From contig NC_058368.1 of NCBI RefSeq assembly GCF_018350175.1, positions 6,014,001 through 6,078,000 of the forward strand: 64,000 bases of DNA. Reading direction: 5' to 3'. The notes under the pieces are model-generated. The model was not told the DNA's origin. It made no database searches and saw nothing but the letters and a program-made list of their open reading frames with translations. Origin of the DNA: Felis catus. Its lineage: Eukaryota. Positions within the stretch are counted from its first letter, which is position 1. Every line of letters starts with the position of its first letter. Position numbers and translations under genes: made by a program. Shown here one piece after another: positions 37,540 through 50,892 of the stretch.

Positions 37540-38020
37540 TTCCGCCTCTCAAGTCAAAATTCTCTGGCTCCCCATGGCCTACGGGATCAAGAATAGAGTC
37601 TTTAACAGAATACATCCGACCCTTCACCAACTGGCCCCTTATCTGGTCTTCTGTCCTGTCCCTCCGTCCTTTCACGTGAGGATCAAGACACTGAACCGTC
37701 CTCAGCACATGGAGCCCCTTCACACCGGACTCCTCCACAGGTACAGACCACCTAATACTGCCCTCCCTTGGCAAACCCTCGCTCGGATGTCCCCTCTTCT
37801 CTGCAGCCTTCCCTGATCTTCCCACTGTTCGCTGTGGCCCTCTCCACTCTGCCCCTACCTCTACGTCAGCACTGCCAGCTGGTTATGATTTCTTAGTACA
37901 TGTGTCTGATCACCAGGCCAGACACTGACTTCCCCCAGGGCTGAGACTGTCTCATGCTTTGTGTTTGGATCTAGCAAGAAGGAGTGCAGTATGAGTTTGC
38001 TCAGTTAATGAACAAATAAG
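37540..38020 (+). mobile_element. L2 3' fragment
   Basis: tggctccccatggcctacgggatcaag...cttcaccaactggcccc...gagactgtctcatgctttgtgt phrases. Confidence 0.6.
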
Positions 38021-38744
38021 CACATTGTATTGATAAGTATCTTGTATGGCTTATTGATAAGTATCTTATTGATAAGTATCTTGTATGGCTCACGAGAAGG
38101 TGAGAGCAAACAAAGGATGGATTCCTCTGTAAGGCCGTCTGCCACTGATGGACAGAATATACGGCTCTTTCACACACACACGAAGTGGTTTATTCTTCAT
38201 CCTTCCCTTCCTGTGCCTCATCATTCCCAGGGGAATTACATACATGTGAATATATGGTTTTAATCTCTTCCTACCACCACATTTAGGTTATCAGAGTATC
38301 AGTTGGTGAAGTGATGTCAGCCCTTCATGTGCCATGACAGCTTGCTTCTGAGTCACTATCCTCGTCTCAAATGTGGAAGGTTTGCTTCCCTGGATGAACC
38401 TGAAGGGGAACATCTTTTGAGTTCATTGCACTTGGAAACCAGCACTTTGAAACAGTTAGCTTCCATCCCCTAAGTCTGTATTTTTCAAGTGGAACATCAC
38501 TTATAGCAAATCCTGTAACCGGACGAAGTGTAACGTAAGCCCAGGTGGCGGAAGGCAACCTCTTGAACACACTGAGGGAGAGATAAAGCGGCTCGACCCC
38601 ATATGCTCCTCCACACCACACCCAGCTTCGAGCCCCTTATCAGCTCTCAATAGGATGCCACGACCACATGATGGGTTACAGTGGAGAGAAACTGACTGCG
38701 AGGCAGGCCGCCCTCCTAGACTGTCCACCAGGAGACTTAATGCC

Positions 38745-39143
38745 CATTCTCATATTAGTTCGGTAGGACCGCCCCAACAAAATGCCACAGACTACATGAC
38801 TACATGATATAAATGTTATTTTCTCACAGTCCTGGAGGCTAGGAGTCCAAGGTGGTTTCTCCTGAGACCTCTCTCCTTGCCTTGCAGACGGCCACCTTCT
38901 TGCTGTGTTCTCACGTGGTCTTTCCTCTGTGGACACACATGCTGGTGGCTCTCTGTGGATTCTAATCTCTTCTGACAAAGGATACCAGTCACAGTGGAGT
39001 AAGGCCCACTCTAAAGGCCTCATTTTAACATAATTACTTCTTGAAAGGCCCTATTTCCGATTATAGACACATTCTGAGGTACTAGGGATTGGGACTTCAT
39101 TATACAAATGGGGGGGGGGAGGACATAATTCAACCCCTAACAA
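38745..39143 (-). mobile_element. MLT1A/B-like MaLR LTR
   Basis: tattagtt...ttctcacagtcctggaggctagg...acattctgaggtactagggatt...aattcaacccctaaca. Confidence 0.8.
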
Positions 39144-39719
39144 TGTCAAGGGGTCAGGTGTCTCTGATGCTTTAGCAGCCAAGGAGCTTAGTACCAATCA
39201 AGGTGCTCATTTTCTGAATCAGGGGCATTTTAAGAGAATCCCCTGACACAAAGAATAGGGAGCTTGCACCTCCAGCCTCTGGGTCCCCAGGCATTGTCAC
39301 CATCTCTTCTCCAAGGTACCTGGTGGGTAACTGTAGGATATCCTAAGGACTGATCACATTGTCCTCCCTAAGATAAAGCTTGGCTTACTCATCTGTGGTG
39401 CCCTGGTTACCATCACAGCTCCTGGCATCTCAAAAAATTACTTACAAATGTACTTTCTTTGCCAACCATGAAAGTGAAGAAAACTGGGGAGGGTGGGAGA
39501 ACCAGAAGAGGGTGCCACAAGGGAATCAGAGAGGGTGGGCCAGAAAACACTCTACCGTCCCTTCACTTTTGCAGTGACCTCCCTGTATACACAGAAGCGT
39601 TCACTTCCAAGTCACAGCAAGACGCAAGGCAATTTCCAATTTGAAATTGTGCATGGAAAACAACAAAAATGCTAGCTTTCTTAGGATGCTCTCACACTTA
39701 TTTAAAACTCATGAGGCTA

Positions 39720-39960
39720 GGGGCGCCTGGGTGGCGCAGTCGGTTAAGCGTCCGACTTCAGCCAGGTCACGATCTCGCGGTCCGGGAGTTCGAGCCCCGC
39801 GTCGGGCTCTGGGCTGATGGCTCAGAGCCTGGAGCCTGTTTCCGATTCTGTGTCTCCCTCTCTCTCTCTGCCCCTCCCCCGTTCATGCTCTGTCTCTCTC
39901 CGTCCCAAAAATAAATAAACGTTGAAAAAAAAATTTTTTTTTTAAATAGAAAAAAAAAAA
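39720..39960 (+). mobile_element. Young SINEC_Fc
   Basis: TSD aaaactcatgaggct. Confidence 0.93.
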
Positions 39961-40379
39961 ACTCATGAGGCTCAAGGTTTAGTGTCTATGTGTTTGACCA
40001 CAAAGAGGTAGGAACACAGCGCGCTCGCCTTACAGGGAAAACCAGCAGTATACTTGCACTGGACGAACCTAACTGTCAGTCTTAGGACACAAAGTGGTCC
40101 ATGTCAGCTCTTTAGAAGTGAAACTTGGAGAAAGATCTGACCAAGAGAAGGTGAAACCACTTAAGGGCAATGGGGGGTCACCTGGGTTGTGAGACCTGAT
40201 GTGAATAATGGAGAATGAAGACAGACGAATGGGCTGGTAAACTCTGAACTGAAATTCTACCTTTCTGGTGAGGACTGGCCATTGTTATGTAGGGAAATTT
40301 GCCTTCAGTTCACTTCCTGGTATTCTCTAGTCTGTACTTTTACTTTAAGCATGCTTTTTCCAGCCTCCCCTTTGAAGAC

Positions 40380-40813
40380 TGCTATGGATTGAACTATGTC
40401 CTTCAAAAAGATATGTTGGTGGCCTATGGCTGGTATCTGAGAGCATGGCCTTATGTGGACATAGGGTCTTTGCAGATGTAATCAAGTTAAGATGATGTCA
40501 TTATGTGGATCCTAACCCAACAGAACTGGTATCCTTATAAGAGGGGAAATGCCATATAAAGTCAGAAACACAAAGAGAATGCCATGTGATGATGGACAGG
40601 AAGACTGAAGTGACATATCTACCAGCAAGGGAACACCAAGAAATGACAGCCACTGCCAGAAACCAGGAAGAGGCAGGATAGGATTCTATTCAGAATCTCA
40701 GATGGAGCCCAGGTCTATGGACACCTTGATCTCACTTGCATCCTCCAGAGCTGTGAGAACACATTTCTGTTGTTTGAAGCCATCTGGTTTGTTGTGCTCC
40801 AAGAAACTGACAC
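40380..40813 (+). mobile_element. MLT1B/C-like MaLR LTR
   Basis: tgctatggattgaac...atagggtctttgcagatgtaatcaagttaagatga...tttctgttgtttgaagcca. Confidence 0.8.
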
Positions 40814-40899
40814 AAAACTTCAGGACACAACAGCTCTAAGGAACTGATATGAAGACAAACGTCCTGGAAGCAATGTCTATACCGGCCAACCTTACTTCA

Positions 40900-42045
40900 T
40901 CAACTCCCATGAACCATTCAACTTAATGAAATTTGGCTGCCACCACTCCACGGAAACTGCTTGCAAAGATCACCAATGTCCTACTTGTCAGAAGCTCTGA
41001 TAGAACCTTCTCAGAATCCATGTCGCTTCTTGGCAGCATCCTCTTCTTCTGCCCATCTCCTAAATATCAATGGTCAGCATAACTCTGTCCTGGTTCCCTT
41101 TCTTTCTCATTTGAAGCCCTCCTACTGCTAGAGTCCATCCATTCTTCAATCACCCAGGTGATCACCCAGGTGATCATCATAACCATGAGAGAAGCCCAAA
41201 TTCAAATAACCCTAAATGTCTTCCACCTTACATTTTCTATTAAGTCGAGAAATGGTTTCTACAATCTATCCTGCTGCCAGAAACCGAACATCGTTCAGCT
41301 TACTCTCTTACTCTCCACACATCTAACTTATAAACAATTTCCTCTTAAATACCTTCCCATTAGCCATTGCCAAAAGGCTACTGTAAGCCACTTGTTCCTC
41401 TCCTGCACTGTTGCAAGACCCTCCTACCTCTAGTTATGCTCTATACCACAATGCTTCTTTCTTTCCAAAATGCAAATACGATGCCACTCTGCTTAAAACC
41501 ACTACTGCCCTTGGGGCACCTTGGTGGCTCAGCCGGTTGAGCATCCAACTTTGGCCCAGGTCATGATCTTGCGGTTTGTGGGTTTGAGCCCCGTGTCGGG
41601 CTCTGTGCTGACAGCCCGGAGCCTGGAGCCTGCTTCAGATTCTGTGTCTCCCTCTCTCTCTGTCCCTCCCCTGCTCGTGCTCTGTCTCTCTCTGTCTCTC
41701 AATAATAAATGTTTAAAAAAAGTTAAAAAACAAACAAACAACAACAACAAAAACACTACTGCCCTCAAAATGGAGTCCAAGCTCCTTAACAAGAGTGTTC
41801 TATGACCTGACCCCTGGTTACTACCTGATCTTGCCTCTCACCCTCCATGTTCCAATTAGATTAAACACTGAACAACTTTCGGGTCCGTACACACTCAATT
41901 CACCTCCTTGCCTATAAACTGTGGCATGTGATACCTCACAGACCGTAATTCCCATAAGGACAAGAACCGTGTCTAATTCAACCTTCTATCTCCAATGCCA
42001 GGCAGTGTGCCTGAAAACTGGCAGGTGTTCAACACTTGTTCAAAA
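40900..42045 (+). mobile_element. L2 fragments interrupted by a SINE
   Basis: caccactccacggaaactgct...gtccaagctccttaac...ggcagtgtgcctgaaaactggcaggtgttcaac phrases. Confidence 0.6.
41513..41752 (+). mobile_element. SINEC_Fc
   Basis: TSD actactgccct. Confidence 0.9.
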
Positions 42046-42485
42046 TGGGAACGTACTTGTACATGTTCCGCCTCAGAGCCTTCTCAGAAGCTGAAGTGGA
42101 AGGCCACTGGTCTGTTCAAACTCTACCTAGAAACATGGGAGAAATGCTGTTTCCTCTGCTCCCCAGACCCTGCCACCATGCCCCCGCTAAGGGCAAACCT
42201 TTACCACTGGCAGAAAGCAGACTTCTATCCTTCAAACAAGTAGTTCAAGAAGACATGTGGAACATTCCCGGTGGAATGGAGTTCCCACTGACCACAGTAG
42301 TGACCCTGAGAACAAACACACTGTTACAGTGGCTGTTCCTCACTCCATCACTGTCTCCTTATCCCCACCCCTCACTCACGCTTTGTAAGGTGTTACCCAA
42401 TGGTTCAGCAGTTGAATCTGCAATACTTTGGAAAAAAAATCCACATTTGGAGCTCTGTTAAGATTTGCAGCTTAAAATAAATTCA

Positions 42486-42695
42486 GGGGCGCCTGGGTGG
42501 CTCAGTCCGTTGAGCGTCCAACTTCAGCTCAGGTCATGATCTCACAGCTCATGGGTTTGAGCCCCGCGTCGGGCTCTGTGCTGATGGCTCAGAGCTTGGA
42601 GCCTGCTTCGGATTCTGCATCTCCATCTCTCTCTGTCCCTCTGCCACTCACACTCTGTCTCTCTCTCAAATCTAAATAAACATGTTTAAAAAATT
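42486..42695 (+). mobile_element. SINEC_Fc
   Basis: ggggcgcctgggtggctcagtcc head. Confidence 0.9.
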
Positions 42696-43169
42696 AAATT
42701 CAAATGTTCAGAAACTTTAAAAATGCACTCCTGGGTAACTTGAGTTAAATGAGAAAATAAATAAGAAATTATAAACTGTTTAGGATAATCATTAGCGAAT
42801 GAAACGTCCTTGGTATCCAAACCTGTGGGCTGCAGCTACAGCAATCTTTAGGTCTCAACAGTTCACCACTGTAAGTAGTGGGTAGAGAAATCTTTATTGA
42901 TAGAGTAGGATCTGAGCTGGTTTTCCCAAAATAAATACATTATCAAAGCCCTTACCCCCCAAAATCCTCCTCACTGGTTTACTGGGGCCAGAGTAAGGAC
43001 CTCCAACACTGAATCTAGGAAGAAGAATCTAGAGATTGTGTTGACATTTGATGGTCTGAAATTAAAATCATAATGACATCAATAAAGACTCTATGATGCA
43101 TAATGATGCACCTTTCCACTGACTACATGTAAGAACTACTCAATAGTGATTAACAGTATGTACTTGGAA

Positions 43170-43470
43170 ATAACACATCCCTGAGTCCAAATCCCAGCCC
43201 AGCCACTGATTTTGCAGCCTTGGGCAAGTTTTCATCATTTTTTTCTGAAACCCAATTTCCTCATCTATATGCTGAAGATAAGCTATTGCTATGAGTTGTT
43301 ACAAATATTAAGATTGAATATGTATAGCATTCAGCCCAGTTTCTGATACATATACATTGATTAAATAATATTTATTGTTATTACATCTCATTTCATCTCT
43401 CCAGAAAGGTTAAGTAAATTGCCTAAAGAGGGAGAGCTGGAATTGGAGCCAGGCTCCTGAATCAGTCTTG
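43170..43470. mobile_element. MIR fragments
   Basis: aaatcccagcccagccact...ccttgggcaagtt...tttcctcatctat core. Confidence 0.6.
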
Positions 43471-43954
43471 ACTTCATGGGTTTTTTTATACGTTATGATT
43501 TCTAAACCCAGTACAATACAAATTTGCTCACAATGCTAAACATATACAGCCAAGTTTTTTTCCTTTTGTTTCTTTTCACTTGGCTCGCCTTATAACCACA
43601 CACAGATTATGAAGCTTATCCAATTCTCACAGTGCATGGAGAGCCAGAGCGAGCAATTAACTTCAACATTCTGGAGCCAACACTGACACTGATAGGCTAA
43701 TGTTGACCTTGTGACCTTGATAGGCACATTATCGGTTTATATTCCTATCCCTGACAAACAACACCAAACTGATTTTGGTTCCCGGCAAAACCTGGATAGA
43801 TAGGCTGGAGCCACCCTACTCAAGGTCACTAACTCATTCTCTGTATCATCAAACACAAAGTCAAGAATGACACAGACGGAAAATAGGACAAAACCAGTAT
43901 CAATGAACTCCAGGTTGTATGGATTCAGAGATCTATCAGTTCTCTGAATCAATG

Positions 43955-44450
43955 CTAAGTATTCGTTTCCTGTGGCTGCAGTAACAAATTACCACAAACC
44001 TCGTAGCTTAAAACAACAGAAATGTATTCTCCCACAGCTCTCGAGGCCAGAAATCCAAAATTAGTTTTAGTGAACCAAAAATCAAGGTGTCCACATGGCA
44101 CCTTGCTCCCCCTGGAGGCTCTAAGGAAGAATCTTGTCCCTTCCAGCTTCTGATTGCCAACATTCCTTGGCTTGTGGCCATACCACTCCAATCTCTGCTT
44201 TTGTCTTCACATGGCCTTCTTCTCTTTTTCCTGTGTCCAATCTCCCTCTGCCTCCCTCTTAAAGGACACCTGTGATTGTATTTAGGACCCACGCATCTGA
44301 TCCAGGATAACCTCTCCCATCTCGAGAGCCTTTTTGTTTTTTAATCACAGCTGCGAACTCTTTTCTAAATGAGGTAACTAACATTCACAGGTTCCAGGCA
44401 TTAGGATGTGGCTATCTTAGGGAGTGGGGTGCATTTTTCAGCCTACCGCA
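43955..44450 (-). mobile_element. MLT1C/D-like MaLR LTR
   Basis: tttcctgtggctgcagtaacaaattaccacaaac...gcttaaaacaacagaaat...cattcacaggttccagg. Confidence 0.82.
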
Positions 44451-44919
44451 ATGGGCTTGTACTTCCTAAAATGCAGCATCTAAGTAATCCATCAGTCTTG
44501 CTTCTAAGATGTAAAATGGGCCCGCCTAATCACAAATCTACATTCTTTCCCAAGATTTAACAGGAAATACCTGAAGACTCAACCATGATCCCTAAAAGAG
44601 TTGAACATTTGCTCCTATGGTTCTTCATGCAACAGTGCTGGGTGTCTGGTGAGTTGCCCCTGTGCAACCATTTAATACTTGCCCGATGAGTCTTCTCATA
44701 CATACACCATTGATTGCCTTCGTTTCCTCTAGCACGATAATTGGTGGAAATAATACATTATAGGGAATATACAGCCTTAAGAAGAAATGTTTTTGCAATG
44801 CGTAGCTTAAAAACAAAACAAAACAAAAAACAAAAAACAGAGCAAATCTCGTAAAGGGCCTCTGGGAAAGTAAAGCTGTCCCCTGTACAGCCTTCCAGAA
44901 GCTGACCCTCCAAATAGGG

Positions 44920-45900
44920 AGACAAAGCGGGAACACAAGCACCGACAACACAAGCTGCCACGGAACGGACGCAGGGCTCGCTTTTCCCAGTGGCCGGTGA
45001 TGCGGGAAGCCATCCTCTCTGCTTCTCGCTCTTCCCCCAGCCCCGGCCACGAACAACCCCGTGAGAGAAGTGCTGGCACTCGCCCCACTCACAGATGAAG
45101 TGGGTGCCAGGAGGCCAGGTCGTCAGCCAGTCACCGGACTTGAAGTGACCCAGCCGGCGCTGCCGTGTCCCCAGAGCGCCCAGCCACTACCTCTCTCGCG
45201 CCCGCGTTTCTCTGCAGAGGGCTCGCAGGGGGCCCCGGTGCGCTAGTTCGGACGAAGTGCGGGACAGGGATGTCGCGGGCGGCCGGGTCCGCAACCTGGC
45301 GTCACACCACACGGCCGGCTCGGGGAACTGCGCCCAGCGCGCGCTCCAGCCGGACTCGGGGCCGCGCCCGCCACCGACGCACCCGCGGTTCGGCGGCCTT
45401 TGAGCCTCGGCTAGGAGGCCACGCGAGCGCGCGAGCGCGCGCACGCGCACACGCTCACGCTCACGCAAAGGCGCGCACGCGCACACCCGTCAAGGGCTAG
45501 ACCCTGAACTGCCGGAGCTTTGGAGGTGGGCCTCCTGGGCCGCCGTTGTCCGCTCGGCCGGGCGACACCGACGGTCGCGCGTGTCTTAGCCCTATGCTCC
45601 CACATGTGAGCCGCGCTCTGGGTGTGCTGACGCTCCGTCCTCGGATCACCGCTTGCAAACCGCAGAAGAGGGCGGAAGCGTCAGGTTTCTGTCCCCTGCG
45701 CCTTTTTTTCTCACCCGCCCACCGCCGACCGGACCTTCGCGCCGCCGACTTCTCCAGAGCTTCGCCCGGTCTGAGGTTCGGGGTGCGTGCTGTCTCTGCA
45801 GCCCGCCGAGCCACGGGCCTGAGGACAGCTTGTGCTGCACCATGGGCACCTCTGGCCCTGGCTGCAACGCGGGGGATCCCAGCCTTCGGACTGGAAACCT
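44920..45900. promoter_or_regulatory. CpG island / probable promoter
   Basis: About 1 kb, very GC- and CpG-rich against an AT-rich, CpG-depleted background. Two GCGCACGCGC NRF1-type motifs (45439-45448, 45473-45482) and a GCGGAAG ETS-like motif. Confidence 0.85.
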
Positions 45901-46954
45901 GGCAAGAAACAATACGACAGAAAAAAGATCTCGAAACTTAAGCCGGCTCAGAAAAGGTGGTTGTTTGGTGGTCATAAGGGTCTAATAGTCTTGGGGATGG
46001 TGGAGTATGAGAGTTCTTGGGGTGTCCGGTGTAGCTGGTAAGAATGTCAGGCCGCGAACTCTGGTGAGCAAGAAATATCGAGCCTCTTAATATTCTGGAT
46101 CTCAGTTAATTTCTGACTCCTCGGAACCACAGCCAGTCACCGTTTCCTGCTCCCATCTAATCGGCTGGTTACAAAATAAAAATTACCCCAGTCCTTCTTG
46201 GGGTTACCAGGGATTAGACCAAATTCTGACCTGGTGGGGAAATTCATGGTTTAGTTGCCTACCAAAAGACACATTGCCAGTAGGTGACAGGATTCACACC
46301 CAGTATTCCTGGACTCCAGAGGTTGTACTCTCAACCAAGATACTAGATCTCTTTCTGAGATGTTTAGCCTCAGCCCTGTTTGAAACCAGGTTGGATCACA
46401 GTGCTCTGAAGCATAAAGGACCCTGGACCAGAAGTCAGAAGGTGACCTAAAACAAGACTCTATAGTTCTCTGATCTTCAGTTTCCTCTGGATGAAATGGG
46501 GTTAACGTCCAAGGTCCAGGAATTCTGGGGAGGGTAACTGTTCGTTTGAAGGCCACCCTCCAGCTCATCCTAATGATGGCTCCTGGCCGACAGATTGTCA
46601 AGCATAGGTGCAGCAGCTCCAAGGTGAAGTGGCCTCATTGATGCAAAGCTAGATTCTATACCACTCAACTGGTACACAAGGACAGGTGAGAAATGCTAAT
46701 GGTGCGAAGGAGGCAAAGGAGGGAGCTACCCACTCCCTCCACTCCCTCTCCACCTCCCCTCAAACAGACATAGACAACGTAACTGTGCCACATGGGAAGA
46801 GAGGTTGACTCTTGAGACGATGAGTCTAGTCAAAATGCTACTGATCATTTCAGAGAGAACCCTCACATCATATCTGATTGAGTACCAGCTCCTCCTGGAA
46901 TTAGCAGCAGTCCAGCTGAATTTACATTTCACTTTCCAAAACAAATGTAACCAA

Positions 46955-46988
46955 AAGAAGAAGAAGAAGAAGAAGAAGAAGAAGAAAG
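46955..46988. repeat. (AAG)n microsatellite
   Basis: Perfect trinucleotide run. Confidence 0.95.
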
Positions 46989-47842
46989 AGCAGGACCTTA
47001 CAGGCACTGCTTAGGCACATTGACTGACTTCCTTGAAGCTAGAGGCCAGTGACCCACAAAAGTGTAGACGTGGGCAAGCTTTAAGTGAAATCTGTAGCTA
47101 TTCTCTCCCTCTCTGTGGGGGCCTTAGTTGGCAAGTCAGAACAGATTCCTGAAGAGGGTTCTGGTTGTGTGAAAACTGATTTGCAGACAAAGGCTTGCAC
47201 TCCCCTGAGGTAAGAGGGAGTTTTCTTAAATTTAAGATATAATCAAAATGGTTCCTATTGTAACAGACCCTTGGATGCAAATGAACAGCTTTGCTCAGTC
47301 ACTCAAATGGCAGGCTCATCTAGGCATAAAATCAATCGCTGTGTTATTTATGTATATGTTCATGTGAAATTTTACGTTTCATTCCAAATAGGAAATAGAG
47401 ATTTTAAATTGCTTCAGTTTGGACATTTTCACCTAAAATCCAAAGTATGCAGAAGGGAAATTCCATTTAAAGGCAATTTGAATGAATGGATGGATGGATG
47501 GATGGATGGACGGACGAATGAATGTAGTTGCCCCAATCTTATAGAAACCCTGCCTCTTTTCATTTCTGGGCCCTTTTATAGGCTCCAGGGAATAGGAATT
47601 CACCTAGCCTACCCCCCAGAACTCTCGGGTAATGGAAATTTAGGCTGAGTTCTCGACAGATCATGCTGACCCATTCTGATCTTTCAACTCACTGGAGATA
47701 GGGATTTCACAGTCTACTCCATAAACCACCTCCGTGTTTAATAACCCTCATCTTTGGAATTGTTTTCCTGGTTCTAATCCAGTCCCTCCTCCAACAATTT
47801 AGCATTACGGAACCTTAGATCTAGAAAATAACCTTAAAGGTT

Positions 47843-48327
47843 GTTGTATTAGTTTTCCAACAAATTTAATGGATTAAAACACACAATTTATTATTTTCCA
47901 GTTCTGTACATTAGAATTCCAACAGAAGTCAAAAACTCAACACAAGTCATAAAAGTCAAAGTGATAGCAGGGATGCGTTCCTTTTTGGAGGCTATGTATG
48001 GAGGCAGGGTGCTCTTTTCTTGCCTCTTCTACCTTTCAGAAGGTATTCCTTGCTCTATAGCCCCCTTCCTCTTTCTTCAAAGCCAGAAATGTTGTGCCTC
48101 TCTGCCTGTTATTCACATCACCCTTTGTGACGTCAGCCAGGAAACATTATCTGGTTTTAAGGACATGTGATTAGATTGTTCCCTCTATAATTCAGAATAA
48201 TCTCCCCATTTTAAGGTCCTTACCTTCTTCACATGTATAAAATGCCTTCTGCCATGCAAGATAACACTCAAAGGTTCTATGAATTAGGACATAGACATTG
48301 TTGGGGGTCATTATTCTACTTACCACA
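47843..48327 (-). mobile_element. MLT1D/E-like MaLR LTR
   Basis: tgtattagtttt...tttaaggac..gtgattagat...aataatctcccc...ttattctacttaccaca. Confidence 0.7.
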
Positions 48328-48831
48328 GTCATCACTTCTAATTCTTTTCTATAAGAAGGAATTCCCTGATGGATGCTCCTCTAATCTAAATACTTCCACA
48401 GATGGGTAGGTTATTACTTCACCAGGCTGCAAAGAGTAATAATGTTGACCAACCCTAAATGTCAGAATATTCTTATGTTCAGTCCTTGTAGTTCCCATGC
48501 ATAGTTGTCTTAAGAAGCACAGGAGAAAACCTAAACCAGTATCCCCACTTATACAATCCACCATATGAAGTTCTTAAAATAACAGAAGACAGCCAGAAGT
48601 TTTCCCTTTTATTCATTAGTTGAACAAATTGAATACCTATTGTATGTGGGTGCTATTCTAGGCACCCACAGTGATTAATCAGCCAGCCAAAGTCTCCAAT
48701 CACATAATGCATTTCTTCTAGTAAAGGAAACAGATGGATAATCCAATAGACAACCTTAGCATCACCTTGAATACCACCCAAGGGTATCAAAATAATTTTT
48801 GAAAGAATTTGATATATATTAAAAAACATCA

Positions 48832-50892
48832 TCTGTTTAGCCGACCTGATACTCTATATGGAAAACCCAAAAGATTCCACCAAAAAACTTCTAGAACTGA
48901 TCCATGAATTGAGGAAAGTCACAGGATATAAAATCAATGCACAGAAATAGGTTGCATTCCTATACACCAACAATGAAGCAACAGAGAATCAAGGAATTGA
49001 CCCCATTTACAATTGCACCAAAAAACATAAAATACCTAGGAATAAACCTAACCAAAGAGGTGAAAAATCTATACACTGAAAACTATAGAAAGCCTATGAA
49101 AGAAATTGAAGAAGACACCACACAAAAAGGAAAATATTCCATGCTAATGGATTGGAAGAACAAATATTGTTAAAATGCCAATACTGCTCAAAGCAATCTA
49201 CGTATCAATGCAATCCCTATCAAAATAGCACCAGCATTCTTCACAGAGCTAGAACAATCCTAAAATTTGTACAAAACTAGAAAAGACCCCAAATAGCCAA
49301 AGCAATCCTGAAAAAGAAAACCAAAGCGGGAGGCATCACAATCCCAGACTTCAAGCTGTATTACAAAGCTGTAATCATCAAGACAGTACGGTACTGGCAC
49401 AAAAACGGACAGGCAGATCAATGAAACAGAATAGAGAACCCAGAAATAGACCCACAAATGTATGGTCAACTAATCTTTGACAAAGAGTAGGAAAGAATAC
49501 CCAATGGAATAAAAACAGTCTCTTCAGCAAATGGTGCTGGGAAAACTGGACAGTGACAGGCATAAAAATGAACCTGGACCACTTTCTTAACACCATACAC
49601 AAAAATAAACTCAAAATGGACGAAAGACCTAAATGTAAGACAGGAAGTTATCAAAATCCTAGGGGAGAAAGCTGGCAAAAACCTCTTTGGCCTTGGCCAC
49701 AGCAACTTCTTACTCAACACGTCTCTGGAGGCAAAGGAAACAAAAGCAAAAATGAACTTTGGGACATCATCAAAATAAGCTTCTGCACAGCAAAAGAAAC
49801 AATCAGCAAAACTAAAAAGCAACCGACGGAATGGGAGAAGATATTTGCAAATGACATATCAGATAAAGGGTTGGTATCCAAAATCTATAAAGAATTTATC
49901 AAGCTCAACACCCCAAAAACAAATAATCCAATGAAGAAATGGGCAAAAGACATGAATAGACACTTTTCCAAAGAAGACGTCCAGATGGCTAACAGACACA
50001 TGAAGAAAGGCTCAACATTACTCATCATCAGGGAAATACAAATTAAAACCACAGTGAGATACCACCTCATTCCAGTCAGAATGGCTAAAATTAAAAACTC
50101 CGGCAACAACAGATGTTGGCAAGGATGTGGAGAAAGAGGATCTCTTTTGCACTGCTGGTGGGAATGCAAACCGGTGTAGCCACTCTGGAAAACATTATGG
50201 AGGTCCTTCAGAAAGTTAAAAATAGGACTACCCTATGACCCAGCCATTGCACCACTAGGTATTTATCCAAGGGATACAGGTGTGCTGATTCATAGGGTCA
50301 CATGCACCCCAATGTTGATAGCACTATTGACAACAGCCAAAATATGGAAAGAGCCCAAATATCCATCGACAGATGAATGGATAAAGAAGATGTGGCATAT
50401 ATATAATGAAGTATTACTCGGCAATCAAAAAAAATGAAATCTTACCATTTGCAACTATGTGGATGGAACTAGAGGATATGAATTAACATCCTCTAATATA
50501 AAATTAGTCATCATAAAATAATGAGTAATTTTCCATTAGCAAAATTTGTTAGAGAAAGACAAATGTATGATGTCACTCATGTAGAATCTAAGATGCAAAA
50601 CGGATGAACATAAGGGAAGGGAAGCAAAAAGAATATAAAAACAAGGAGAGGGGCAAAACATAAGAGACTCTTAAATACAGAGAATAAACTGAGGATTGCT
50701 GGAGGGGTTGTGCGTGGGGAGATGGGCTAAATGGGTAAGGGGCATTAAGGAAGACACTTGTTGAAATGAGCACTGGGTGTTATACATAGGGGCTGAATCA
50801 CTGGAATCTGCCCCTGAAATCATTACTGTACTATATGCTAACTTGGATGTAAATTAAAAAATAAATAAATAAAATTTTTTTAAAAAATAAAT
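48832..50892 (+). mobile_element. 5'-truncated young carnivore/felid L1 (~2.05 kb)
   Basis: Well-preserved ORF2 C-terminus ([36 protein letters not shown] region), 3'UTR and A-rich tail. Confidence 0.93.

Noticed and set aside
45520..45800. Superficial resemblance to telomerase RNA (ggaggtgggcct, tgtcttagccctatg, cccctgcgcctttttttctc)
   Set aside because: No CTAACCCTAA template and no recognisable pseudoknot, CR4/5 or H/ACA blocks; likely GC-rich coincidence.
44625..46041. Overlapping 60-155 aa ORFs in the CpG island
   Set aside because: Expected in GC-rich, stop-poor DNA; low-complexity Arg/Ala/Pro content, often non-ATG starts, no recognisable homology.
49553..50179. 208-aa ORF (also 16171-16635 and 18289-18690) as host genes
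   Set aside because: Fragments of L1 ORF2 within disrupted elements.
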